A stretch of 57,951 bases of DNA, from IMG/VR virus record IMGVR_UViG_3300002231_000541, positions 62,001 to 119,951 of that record. One strand, 5' to 3'. The notes beneath the pieces were generated by a model, which was given only the letters and a program-made list of their open reading frames with translations, was not told the origin of the DNA and searched no databases. Shown piece by piece: positions 31,609-42,300 of this stretch. Made by a program: the position numbers and the translations under genes. This DNA comes from an uncultured virus (IMG/VR IMGVR_UViG_3300002231_000541) (lineage: Duplodnaviria > Heunggongvirae > Uroviricota > Caudoviricetes). Position 1 is the first letter of the stretch. Every line of letters begins with the position of its first letter.

Positions 31609-31616
31609 ACTATTTA
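31609..31616 (+). promoter_or_regulatory. Putative late promoter ACTATTTA for the neck operon
   Basis: Directly after the terminator and before AAGGAGGT and ATG 31637. Confidence 0.65.
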
Positions 31617-31636
31617 GTTCAAGGAGGTGTTTTTTA

Positions 31637-32909
31637 ATGGCCCTACCAACACTGACACCCGCTAGTCAAATGAGTAAATCGATTCTAGCGGTAACTGGCA
31701 CAACGGCTGACGTCGCTGCAACGCTACCATTGGGGATCTACTCTGGATCCGCCGCTTTTATCTCGGGCGCTGCTGACCAAGTGGCTTACACCTATAAGAA
31801 ATTGGGGGGAGATGTCCTTGACATCGAACTCAAAACAGACAATGTTTATGCAAATTATGAAGAAGCTTGTCTCGAATACAGTTATTTGATCAACCTGCAT
31901 CAATCGAAAAACGTCTTGTCGGACGTACTGGGACAGGCTACAGGTACTTTTGATCAAGATGGTAACCTGACGAGCGGACCGACTAATGTTAACCTCAAGT
32001 TTCCTCGGGTGATGTTTGAGTATGCCCGCCGCGTCTCGGATGGGTTCTCGTTCGAGGCTGATGTAGGGGGAACAATCCCCGTTTATTCAGCCTCTTTTGC
32101 ACTTCAAAAAAATAGACAAGATTATGATTTACAAGAGATCATATCTGGCTCGTCTGCTACTGGTATTGACCCTGCCGGCGGCCCAAACGCTCCCTATGCG
32201 GGCGTCGTAGGAGATAAAAGGGTCATTATTAAAAAAGTTTTTTACAAAACTCCCGCTGCAATGTGGCGCTTTTTTGGTTACTTTGGGGGCTTAAACGTTG
32301 TGGGAAACTTACAAAATTATGGCCAATACACTGATGACTCCACTTTTGAGATTGTTCCCGTATGGCAAAATAAGATGCAAGCCATGGCTTATGAAGACCA
32401 TTTGTATACGCGACTATCCCATTATTCTTTTGAGCTGAAAGATAACAAGCTGCGCATTTTCCCAAGTCCTGCTTTATTGAGTACCTATCGCTACATGTGG
32501 GTACAGTTTTCAGTTATTCCTAACAGTTGGGACAATAACGCTAACTACGATAATGGAGTAGATGGCATTAATAATATGAATACTATTCCCTTTGATAATG
32601 TCCCTTATGAAAATATCAATGCCATTGGCAAGCAGTGGATTCGCCGCTTCGCGCTGGCACTTTCGAAAGAGACATTAGGCCAAAATTCGTGGAAAGTTTC
32701 AGACCATACCGATTCCGGGAGAATCAGTGAACCTCAATGCAGACGCCCTCTTATCGCAAGCAAAAGAGGAGCAAGAGGCCTTGCGAACCGAGCTTAAAGA
32801 GGTGCTCGACCAGCTCACCTATGTGCAAATGGCTAAGGATGATGCAGAAAGAGCACAGGCCGTGCAAGATGTGCAAGACAGAGTACCAAGATTAATATTC
32901 CAGGGGTAA
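31637..32909 (+). CDS. Neck/head-completion protein (T4 gp13-like), split by an extra A near 32683
   Basis: YKKLGGDVLDIEL; WIRRFALALSKETLGQ continues IRGKFQTIPIPGESVNLNADALLSQAKEEQEAL if one A is removed. Confidence 0.8.
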
Positions 32910-32916
32910 AAAAAGA

Positions 32917-33792
32917 TTGTCAAGCGAAGAAGAAAAATTTAAAGGTTATCGCCCGTATTTCAAGGCAGAGCCAACTCCTACGGATGACCCAGAGCTAAAA
33001 GAGATAGCTTTTATGCCGTCTACTATCGAGACTATTGATATGGCTTTGAGTGATTGGTTAACCGAAGAAATGGATATTTTTTGCACCACCAATGAAGGGT
33101 GGCGAAAAGTGCCACTCATTTGGTCAATGCCCGAAAGGTCATTTCAGATAAAAGACAATAAAGACTTGCGAAGTTCTAAAAACATGTTTACGCTCCCTGT
33201 CATCTCGATTGAGCGAACCTCATTGGTAAAAGACCCTAATGTTAAGGGCGTTGCGTGGGCCCATTTACCCCAATATAACGATGCACGAGGGGGCAGAATA
33301 GAGGTGGCACGAACCATCAACCAAGACAAAACGGGCAATTTTGCAAATGCAACTTCGGAGCGCCGCTTCAAGCAACAAAATTTCCCCTTCAAGAACAAGA
33401 AAGTGGTGTACCAAACGATGTCTATGCCGATGCCAACCTATGTTGTGGCCGACTACACCCTGATCATCCAGACTGAATTTCAACAACAAATGAATGAAAT
33501 CTTCGCCCCATTTATCGTGGCTACTGGGCAAATAGACAACTTCTTTATTCACCGCGATGGCCATCGTTTCGAAGGCTTTTTAAAAGGGGACTTTTCTTTA
33601 GAGAACAACCTTTCTAATCTTGCTGAAGAAGAAAGAACTTTTAAGACTCAAGTAAATATCCAAGTTTTGGGATATCTATTAGGATCAGGAAATAATGACG
33701 AGCGCCCCAAAATCTCTATTCGGGAGAATGCAGTAGAAGTACAAATTCCTCGTGAACGTGTCATCTTTGGCGATAAAAAGGATTTTGAATAA
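32917..33792 (+). CDS. Tail terminator / neck protein (T4 gp15-like)
   Basis: KVPLIWSMPER, LPVISIERTS, MPTYVVADY, QMNEI, ERTF; located in the neck cluster. Confidence 0.65.
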   Translation: MSSEEEKFKGYRPYFKAEPTPTDDPELKEIAFMPSTIETIDMALSDWLTEEMDIFCTTNEGWRKVPLIWSMPERSFQIKDNKDLRSSKNMFTLPVISIERTSLVKDPNVKGVAWAHLPQYNDARGGRIEVARTINQDKTGNFANATSERRFKQQNFPFKNKKVVYQTMSMPMPTYVVADYTLIIQTEFQQQMNEIFAPFIVATGQIDNFFIHRDGHRFEGFLKGDFSLENNLSNLAEEERTFKTQVNIQVLGYLLGSGNNDERPKISIRENAVEVQIPRERVIFGDKKDFE

Positions 33793-34673
33793 TGGCGAGC
33801 GATGATAACAAATGGTCTAAACCATCAAATCCTCCTCCTCCTTTATTTTTAGGAGAAAAAGAGCGTAATTTAGTCAAGCAAGTTAATGATGAGCTTCTCG
33901 AAAGAGTAATAGGCCAAGATATTCTCTATATGCCGATATCTATGGCACGCACTAATTTTCACCCCCTTTATGGCGAGAGTATCGAAAAGAGTTTTCTCCC
34001 ACCGGTCCGCGTATATGCCCTGGTGGAATTTAGTGGTATAGACACAACCACGACTCACTATGGATTGGATAAGGAATCTTCCATTACCGTTCGCTTTCAC
34101 AACAGGCGCTTATTTGAAGATCAGGACCTCTATGTCAGAGAAGGCGACTACGTGCGCTATGGAACATCATTTTATGAAATTGTCACCCTTAAAGAAAATA
34201 GACAACTTTTTGGCCAAATTGAGCACATTTTTCAAATCGAGGCCACATGTATTAAGACAAGGAAAGGACTTATCGATATCGACGTGCTTCCGACAGCTAC
34301 CGCCAAAGCCATCGCAGCCGGCGTGAGCAGTACCGAAGCGGCAGAATTTTCCTCGGACGATTCCGAAGGATCAGGCGACGGAGGCGGCGAAGGCGGCGGA
34401 GGTGGAGGGAGTCTCACTGGAGATGTGGTACGCCTCGTCTATACAGCCACAACACCATCTACCCAAGCTGCGGGAACTATGCTAAATACCCTATTGGCCG
34501 CCCCTGCACTCGAACTAGAGCCAACCGCCATTTGGGAGGATGGGCTGCGAAAAACCCTAAGCACCACCTACCCCACGACGGGGGAGTTTTACTTGATCGG
34601 TGGAAAAATTTATAATAATTTTGAAATCTTGTCCGGAACCAAGCTGATCCTGGAGGTATTGACTATAGTATGA
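33792..34673 (+). CDS. Neck/head-closure protein (T4 gp14-like) with C-terminal extension
   Basis: ELLERVIGQDILY, HPLYGE, VREGDYVRYG..YEI; Gly-rich linker and an extra C-terminal domain. Confidence 0.65.
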   Translation: MASDDNKWSKPSNPPPPLFLGEKERNLVKQVNDELLERVIGQDILYMPISMARTNFHPLYGESIEKSFLPPVRVYALVEFSGIDTTTTHYGLDKESSITVRFHNRRLFEDQDLYVREGDYVRYGTSFYEIVTLKENRQLFGQIEHIFQIEATCIKTRKGLIDIDVLPTATAKAIAAGVSSTEAAEFSSDDSEGSGDGGGEGGGGGGSLTGDVVRLVYTATTPSTQAAGTMLNTLLAAPALELEPTAIWEDGLRKTLSTTYPTTGEFYLIGGKIYNNFEILSGTKLILEVLTIV

Positions 34674-35879
34674 GTATTTTTCGAGAACACAAATCTTCTG
34701 CCGACCGTTCCGCTGCAGACCGTAAAAGACACAAAGCAAAGATTGACAAGGCTATCCGCGAGGGCATCAAAGACGTCATTGCAGATGAGTCCATTATTGG
34801 CCAAGATGGCAATAAAAAGGTCAAAATCCCAGTCAAAGGAATAAAAGAATATCAGTTTGTTTATGGGGAAAATGATAAAAATCAAAAAGCTGGAGCCGCC
34901 GGCGATAAGCAGATTAAACGCGGCCAAGTTCTCCGAAAAAAGAAGGGGAAAGCTAAAGGGAAGCCCGAAAAGGCCAGCGATAAAGCTGGCGAAGAATATT
35001 ATGAAGTCGAGGTAACTCTCGATGAACTGGCGGAGTATCTTTTTTCCGACCTAGAGCTTCCGGATCTTGAAAAAAAGAAGTTTAAATTTATCAAAGATAA
35101 AAAGCCCAAGCGTTCTGGATACCGCAAGAAGGGTCTGCGCTCCAAACTTTCTAAAAAAGAAACCATTAAGAGAAAAATACGTCGCAAAAAACGCGCCATT
35201 GCTGCAGGTACTTGGGACCCCGAAAATGGCGAAAGATTTCCTTTCCACGAAGACGACTTAAAATATAAACACATCAAACTGAAGAACGAAAATAACAACT
35301 CCGCAGCTATTCTTTTTCCTTATGGACGTCTCTGGCTCCATGGGGAAGGAAAAAAAGTATTTGGCACGCAGCTTTTACTTTATTCTGTATCAATTCTTGC
35401 GCTATAAGTATGATAATGTAGAAGTAGTGTTCATCTCCCACTCTACAGACGCCAAAGAAGTCTCGGAAGAGGATTTCTTCCAGCGCGCCACAATGGGCGG
35501 AACGGTTATATCTTCGGCCTTGGCACTAGAACAGGAAATTATTCAGAAAAGATACCACCCTTCTTCCTGGAACATATACACTTTTTATTCGGGAGATGGC
35601 GAAAACTGGTCTTTTGATAATCCGAAGGCCGTGAGTATTTTTGAGAAACTAAAGCAATTAAGTCAGATGGTCTGTTACGCCGAAATCTCCCCCCAATCTT
35701 CGCTATCGGATCCATTCGCGGGCTCCTTTAACTTCGGAGGCAATAATCCTGGCCTCTCCGGAGATAATTTGTGGCATGCCCTTATCCCGCTGGTTGGGGA
35801 AGCTTTTAAACTAGTAAAAATTAACAAATCGAGCCAAATTTGGCCCGCATTTCAAGTAATGTTCGGAGGAAAGACATAA
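34670..35879 (+). CDS. yeaH: YeaH/YhbH (DUF444) vWA-domain protein, split by an extra base near 35310
   Basis: DRKRH..I..IADESII..KVKIPVKGIKEYQF, DELAEYLFSDLELPDL, PFHEDDLKY, MIDAS MDVSGSM, GGTVISSA, RYHPSSWNIY..SGDGENW. Confidence 0.88.
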
Positions 35880-37186
35880 TGAAAGACTGGACAGTAAAAG
35901 AGCTGCAAGAATGGGATGAAAAAATATGCAAAATAGCCACTGAAAAATATGATCTTGATTGGTTCCCCATTGAATATGAAATTTTAGATTACAAAGAAAT
36001 GCTCGGCGCCATGGCATACACCGGACTACCCACTCATTATCGACATTGGTCGTTTGGGAAAACCTTTGAACGCACTGCAACTCGCTACAATCTAGGCATG
36101 GAAGGCTTGCCTTATGAGATGATCATTAACAGCAATCCAAGTATCGCATACTTGATGCTGGAGAATCCTATGAGCATTCATCTTCTTACTATGGCACATT
36201 GTGTAGGTCATTCCGACTTCTTTAAAAACAATCGTATGTTTAAGGACACGGACCCGACCAACATCTTGGGAAGATTCAAGGCAGCCGCAAAAAGAGTTCA
36301 GGGATACATCGAAGATCCAAGCATTGGCATCGAGAATGTAGAAAACATCTTAGATGCTTGCCACTCTATTCAATACCAGGTACCGCGAACCCCTGGAATC
36401 AAGCGCCCCGAAGGAAATATTTTTAAAGATCGGGTTCGAAGTAAATCTCTCCTTTGGGAAAAAGAGGACAATCTGTTTCTGGATGACAAAAAAGACTACA
36501 ATTTATTAAAGTTTATTAGAAATCATGCCAGAAATTTAGAAGATTGGCAAAGAGACCTGATGGAGATGGTAGAGAGAAGAGCTTCCTACTTTATCCCTCA
36601 AGCTAAAACTAAAATTATGAATGAAGGCTGGGCTGTGACGATTCATGAAAAAATCATGTTGGATTTAAATTTACCTGATAAATACCAATTGGCTTTTTAC
36701 AAGTCGCACAATCAAGTTGTGCGCCCCGTCATTGGTCGCATCAACCCTTATCACTTGGGGTATACCATCTTTAAGAAAATAGAAAGAGAGCACGGCTTTG
36801 AGGAGTGTAAGATCGCCCGCGAAGTACATGATGATGAATCATTTATCCGAACTTATTTGGATGAAGAACTGTGTGCGGAACTTAACTTGTTTAGCTATTC
36901 TTACGAAAGAACACAGAAAAATTATGCTATAAATCACATTTCTGACAAAGAAGGGTGGAAAAGCGTTCGTGCCGCTCTAATTAACAATGTAGGACTTAAA
37001 AGTGTTCCGATAGTTTGTGTAACAGACTACGACAAAAGGACTAATGCTTTGTATATCACCCATGAACATGATGGACGAGATTTAGATTTGAATTATGCCA
37101 ATAAGGTCTATGATTACATTCGTTATTTGTGGGATGATGACATATTTTTTACTTCTATAATAGAAGGTGAGGTTTGGGAATTTTAA
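35879..37186 (+). CDS. spoVR: SpoVR/YcgB family protein
   Basis: GLPTHYRHWSFGK, YEMIINSNPSIAYL, AHCVGHSDFFKNN, YFIPQAKTKIMNEGWA, NPYHLG, HDGRDLD. Confidence 0.93.
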   Translation: MKDWTVKELQEWDEKICKIATEKYDLDWFPIEYEILDYKEMLGAMAYTGLPTHYRHWSFGKTFERTATRYNLGMEGLPYEMIINSNPSIAYLMLENPMSIHLLTMAHCVGHSDFFKNNRMFKDTDPTNILGRFKAAAKRVQGYIEDPSIGIENVENILDACHSIQYQVPRTPGIKRPEGNIFKDRVRSKSLLWEKEDNLFLDDKKDYNLLKFIRNHARNLEDWQRDLMEMVERRASYFIPQAKTKIMNEGWAVTIHEKIMLDLNLPDKYQLAFYKSHNQVVRPVIGRINPYHLGYTIFKKIEREHGFEECKIAREVHDDESFIRTYLDEELCAELNLFSYSYERTQKNYAINHISDKEGWKSVRAALINNVGLKSVPIVCVTDYDKRTNALYITHEHDGRDLDLNYANKVYDYIRYLWDDDIFFTSIIEGEVWEF

Positions 37187-37187
37187 A

Positions 37188-39131
37188 ATGACAAAAAAAA
37201 CAAAAACTAATAAATTTTTAGAGATTGCGGAAAGCCATCGTTTGAATAAAAAGGCGGACAAATTTTCGGGTACTTTTGCCGAATATCTCCAACTTTTAGA
37301 GAAAGACAAAGGTCTTCCAATGTTGGCACATAAAAGATTGTACAACACGATTGTAGAGAAGGGTATAACACGCATGTCGGATGAAGACAGCCGCTGTAAC
37401 AACTTGTTTAATGGCGAATCACTGCGAACTTATGATTACTTCCAGGACCGCTTTTTTGGTATGGAGCGAGCCCTAGCAAAAGTTATGCGCTACCTCCATT
37501 CTGCGGCCATGAAAGGTGAAGAGTCTCGTCAAGTGCTCCTCCTACTGGGCCCAGTTGGGGCAGGTAAGTCTGCTTTAGTAGAGCACATCAAGAGGGCCCT
37601 AGAGGCCTCTGGGCCGATTTACGCATTAAAGGGGTGTCCTATTAACGAAGAACCAATCCACCTCGTTCCCAGGTCATTGAGAGACGAATTTTCCAAGATC
37701 TATGGAGTAAAAACAGAGGGCGATTTATGTCCTGTTTGCCGCCACCGTCTCTTAGAAGAATATGATGGTGATTATATGAATTTCCCCGTTGTTGAGACAT
37801 CCTTTTCGATCCGAGGACGCCGAGGCATTGGCGTGGTTCCTCCGATGGATGCCAACACTCAAGACACCAGCATTCTGATTGGTACTGAAGATATTTCTAA
37901 GCTGGATTTGTATCCGGAAGATGACCCTCGTGTTCTTAGTTTAAATGGTGCATTCAACGTCGGCAATCGAGGTATTGTGGAATTTGTTGAGGTATTCAAA
38001 AACGAAATCGAGTTTCTGCACACGATGATTACAGCCACTCAAGAGAAGGCAGTCCCAAGCCCAGGCAAAGGCGCCATGATTTATTTTGATGGCGTTATTC
38101 TTGCCCATTGTAATGAGGCTGAATGGATCAAATTTAAATCAGAAAACACCAACGAGGCTATTCTGGACCGAATCGTGCGCGTCAACGTCCCTTATTGTTT
38201 GGAAGTTGGAGAAGAACAGAAGATTTACAATAAGCTTTTGAGCGAATCGGACTTTGATGCTCATATAGCTCCCCATACTTTAGAGGTAGCTGCCATGTTT
38301 GCAGTCCTTTCTCGCCTAAAAGAATCCAACAAAGTAGATCCTCTCACAAAAATGAAGATCTACAATGGAGACGAAATCGTCGAAAAGGGATATATCAAAA
38401 AGATTGATATCAACGATTTACGAGACGAAGCCCGTGATGAAGGCATGACCGGTATTTCTACCAGATTCATTATGAAGGCCATCGACGCTGCTTTGGCTGA
38501 TTCTGACAGAAATATGGTAACTCCTATCTCTATTCGAGAGGCGCTCATTAAGCAAGTCAAGGAGCAAGTGATCGAAGACGCTAAGCGGGAAAAATACTTA
38601 TCATTCTTGCAAAAAGATTTGCACGATGAGTATTTGAAAATTCTCGAAACCGAGATTACAAAGGCATTTGTATCAGCCTACCAGGAACAAGCCGAATCGC
38701 TTTTCGACAATTATCTCGATCATGCCGAGGCGTATGTGAACTCATCCAAGCTTAAAGATAATGTTACTAACGAAGAGATGATCGCCGACGAAGAGTTTAT
38801 GTGCTCTATCGAAGAACAGATCGGCATCGTGGGATCGGCTAGGGAGAATTTCCGAGCTGATATTACTGCCTATATGTTTGCCAAGTTACGCCGCAAAGAG
38901 ACTATCGATTGGTCATCTTACGGACCTCTCAAGGAAGCGATTGAAAATAAGCTATTGACCTCCGTTAGAGATATTTCCCGTATCGTTACCAAATCCAAAT
39001 CCCGCGATAAGAAGCAGCAACAAAAATATAGCGAGATGGTAAAGACTCTCATAGAAGAATACGGATATAATGAAGCTTCAGCTAACGAAATCATCAAATA
39101 TGCTTCGAACAACTTGTGGCGAGATAGTTAA
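37188..39131 (+). CDS. prkA: PrkA/YeaG family AAA+ ATPase (annotated as serine protein kinase)
   Basis: FFGME, Walker A LLGPVGAGKS, CPINEEP, LCPVC, GNRGIVEFVEVFK, NEAILDR, APHTLE, EGMTGISTRF. Confidence 0.95.
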   Translation: MTKKTKTNKFLEIAESHRLNKKADKFSGTFAEYLQLLEKDKGLPMLAHKRLYNTIVEKGITRMSDEDSRCNNLFNGESLRTYDYFQDRFFGMERALAKVMRYLHSAAMKGEESRQVLLLLGPVGAGKSALVEHIKRALEASGPIYALKGCPINEEPIHLVPRSLRDEFSKIYGVKTEGDLCPVCRHRLLEEYDGDYMNFPVVETSFSIRGRRGIGVVPPMDANTQDTSILIGTEDISKLDLYPEDDPRVLSLNGAFNVGNRGIVEFVEVFKNEIEFLHTMITATQEKAVPSPGKGAMIYFDGVILAHCNEAEWIKFKSENTNEAILDRIVRVNVPYCLEVGEEQKIYNKLLSESDFDAHIAPHTLEVAAMFAVLSRLKESNKVDPLTKMKIYNGDEIVEKGYIKKIDINDLRDEARDEGMTGISTRFIMKAIDAALADSDRNMVTPISIREALIKQVKEQVIEDAKREKYLSFLQKDLHDEYLKILETEITKAFVSAYQEQAESLFDNYLDHAEAYVNSSKLKDNVTNEEMIADEEFMCSIEEQIGIVGSARENFRADITAYMFAKLRRKETIDWSSYGPLKEAIENKLLTSVRDISRIVTKSKSRDKKQQQKYSEMVKTLIEEYGYNEASANEIIKYASNNLWRDS

Positions 39132-39166
39132 CGCTTATAAAATAATAAAATAGACTTTTAATTTAA

Positions 39167-39202
39167 AGCCTCGCATCTCATAGAAGCGAGGCTCTTTTTT
39201 TT
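39167..39202 (+). terminator. Intrinsic terminator after prkA
   Basis: AGCCTCGC...GCGAGGCT stem followed by C and a T run. Confidence 0.8.
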
Positions 39203-39226
39203 GCTTTATTTGATATCTTTTTTGCT

Positions 39227-39291
39227 TTTCGGGATAGGTGGGTATACCTATGGCGAACAGGTCTGTCTACAGACTCTGTTCATGTTTTTTT
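39227..39291 (+). repeat. Conserved structured non-coding element, copy 1 (candidate cis-regulatory RNA)
   Basis: TTTCGGG, hairpin ATAGGT-gggtat-ACCTAT, hairpin GAACAG-GTCTG-tcta-CAGAC-t-CTGTTC, then T7. Core 39248-39291 is 36/44 identical to 44412-44455. Confidence 0.75.
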
Positions 39292-39394
39292 GGAAAATTA
39301 TGTTTTCTGAAAAGGCGCTTTTTTTCTATTATTTCTAGAATAATTAAGGAGGAAAAAATATGAAATTAACAACTAACAAAGGGGGGATTAAATT

Positions 39395-42300
39395 ATGGCT
39401 TTAATTTATCACGCAACACTTTCAGATCTACTGCCTACGGTGGGCGAGTTTGAACTTGTGGCCGGTAACGGCGCCGTTATAAATGTCGACCATTTAAGTC
39501 TCCCGAACTATAACAGTGGAGTATACCTGGAGACACCTCTTGTCTTGGGAAGCACGTACACCATCTCCATGTGGTTCAAAGATTTAAAAAACCGATCAGT
39601 CGCTGCCAGCGGCTGGATGCAGTTTGATGGCACGAGCGAAGGCGGAGGAACCAATGGAAACCACGCCGGCTTCGCAGCCAATTACACTGCTACCATCTAC
39701 ACCAACGATGAACTGGGTGCCTGGGATTCTGCATTCCGGAGTTCCGGATATGCCATGACCCAAGCAAACTTCACAGGCACTGGGTGGCATCACCTAGTGG
39801 CGTCATTTGATAATGGTACATTGACCTATTACATTGATGGTGCTCAAGTGGGAAGCCCTGTTGCGTATGCAGGAGGCTCCTCTATTGAGGTATTTGGATC
39901 CTGGTTGAATTACAGCTATGGCATAGCTGATTACATCGATGATATTCAAGTATACGACAATGCTCTGTCTGCGGGTGATGTTTCGACATTATTTGCAGGT
40001 GGTAGAATGCAGTTGACTGACGGCCTCGTTGCAAAATATGCTCTGGATACTGATGGATCTGATTCTATTGGATCGAATGACGGAACAGCAACGGGGGTGA
40101 CTTTTGAAAATGGGTATGCGTCTTTTTCTGCGGGTGATGAAATCACCACTGGACCAACAGCGTTTTTCGACTCAATGCCAGCAGGATCCACCAACAAGAC
40201 GCTTTCGGCATGGGTTAAAATAGACTCCTACACTCCTGCTCAGTCTGCAAACGGTATGAACTCACCGGCTATTATCGCCAAAGGAGATCTGTCGAATGGA
40301 GCAATTTATTCTGTGATGGGCATCAACGACGGCTATCCTAGTTTTTACTGGTTTGATGGGTCGTCTGCTCGGGAGTTTAAATCAACCACCCGAATCAATC
40401 TTGGGGCCTGGGTCCACCTTTCACTTGTGATTGATGACTCGAACACCCTGACATACTATGTCAATGGAGTGGCAACTGGAGACAATGGTTTGGCGTTCAA
40501 CGGTATGGCCTTCGCCAATGGAGGCAAATTCTCTATTGGAGCAGGGGTTACCCACTCAAACAGTCAGAGTATGCGTTTCGTGGGTGACATGGATGACCTT
40601 AGAGTTTGGTCGCGTGCTCTCGGAGCCTCGGAAATCGCAACTCTACACGCAGCAGGAGCAGAACCATATGTTCCACCAGCTCTAACAGATGATCTTGTGG
40701 CAAAATATGCTCTGGATACTGATGCAACTGATTCTGTTGGCTCGAACGACGGAACCGCAACGGGGGTGACTTTTGATAGTGGATATGCGACCTTTGATGG
40801 TGCAAGTCACATCTCAATGGCACATGACGCAACATCCCAGCCCTTTCACGAAGAAAATTCGTCTGTTTCCATGTGGATTAAAACCTCTGCATCGGGTGAA
40901 GAAAGGCTCTTTTTTAAGGGATATGGTCCTTCATCGAATGAGTCGCTGTGGGATCACCGCGTAAAGGATGGCAAGGCTTATTTCTACTGGAGAGAAGAGA
41001 CAGGGGCAACTTATGTTGATCTCACCTCAACTACTTCAGTAAATGATGGAAGTTGGCATCATGTGGTTATTTCTCGGAGCGGATCAGATATTTCAATGTA
41101 TGTCGATGGGTCTCTTGAGGACACCACAACAGGTGCTATCGGAACATGGAGTTCCACCTATGAGGTGCATCTTGGCAAATGGGATCACCCTAGTTATGCT
41201 GCATCTCATCAATTCACAGGCGACATGGATGACCTTAGAGTTTGGTCTCGTGCTCTCGGAGCATCTGAAGTCACAGCTCTACATGCAGCAGGAGCAGAAG
41301 CAGCAGCTGCTGCACCCCCTGCGGGAAACACAGTGGATGTGACTTTCTTAATGCAAGACTCTTACGGCGATGGTTGGAATGGATCTACTTTCCAAATTTA
41401 TGATGCAGACAGCAACATTGTTGAATCTCATACTTTGGCAGGCGGATATTCCCAGACTGTACAGTTTGATCTTGATGCAGAGCCTTATACTTGGGCTTTT
41501 GTGAATCAAAATTGGATGAGCGAAATCACGGCTACACTGACAAGAGATGACACCTCCGAACAATTACTATTCAGTTCGGCTGGCAGTGTTCTAAGCGGCG
41601 CCTTCGACTTATCCCCGGCAACACCGGATATTTCGCCTACTTTGTCGGCAAGCAACGGGGACATCACTGTTTCTGCTACTGTAAACGCCGAAGCAACTGC
41701 AGCAGGTGCAATCGGCTGGGCTTATTCACTCTCTCCCCTGGGAGCAGAGGGGCAGCCACATGGGGGAACATTGCTTGCCCTCGGTGTCGACGGCACAGTC
41801 AGTCCAACTCCGCATGGAGTACATACTGTCTATGTAGCAGCGGTAGACGCATCTGGCAATGTTATCGTATCTAATTCGTCTAGCATTGATAATACGCCAT
41901 CTATTTCTATCACGATCGTAAAGGCTGACTCTTATAACGACTCGTGGGACGGGTCTAGTCTGGTAATTACCAATTCTGGCGGAGTTGAAGTGTATAATGC
42001 CACTTTAGCCCACGGCGCCTCCCCGCAAACTATCACCGCTGATTTGCCATATGGCACTTACGATTGGGCGATGGTTGGTGGAAGCTACCATAATGAGCAT
42101 ACAGTGACAATTACTTTGACTTCTGATGGATCGCAACTTGCACATAGTGCAGGTCACTCTCCTTCAAGTGGGTCGTTTACTGTAGGCCCACCCGCAGCAG
42201 CTATTAGTGCCACTGTCTCCGTATCTGGTGCAGACATCACTGTTACCGGAGTAGCCAACGCCACTGCCGTCTCGGAAGGAGCCGCCCTTTGGTCAGCTTC

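Noticed and set aside
40031..41299. Diversity-generating retroelement TR/VR pair
   Set aside because: Mismatches between the repeats are not adenine-specific, both copies lie within one ORF, and there is no reverse transcriptase in the window.
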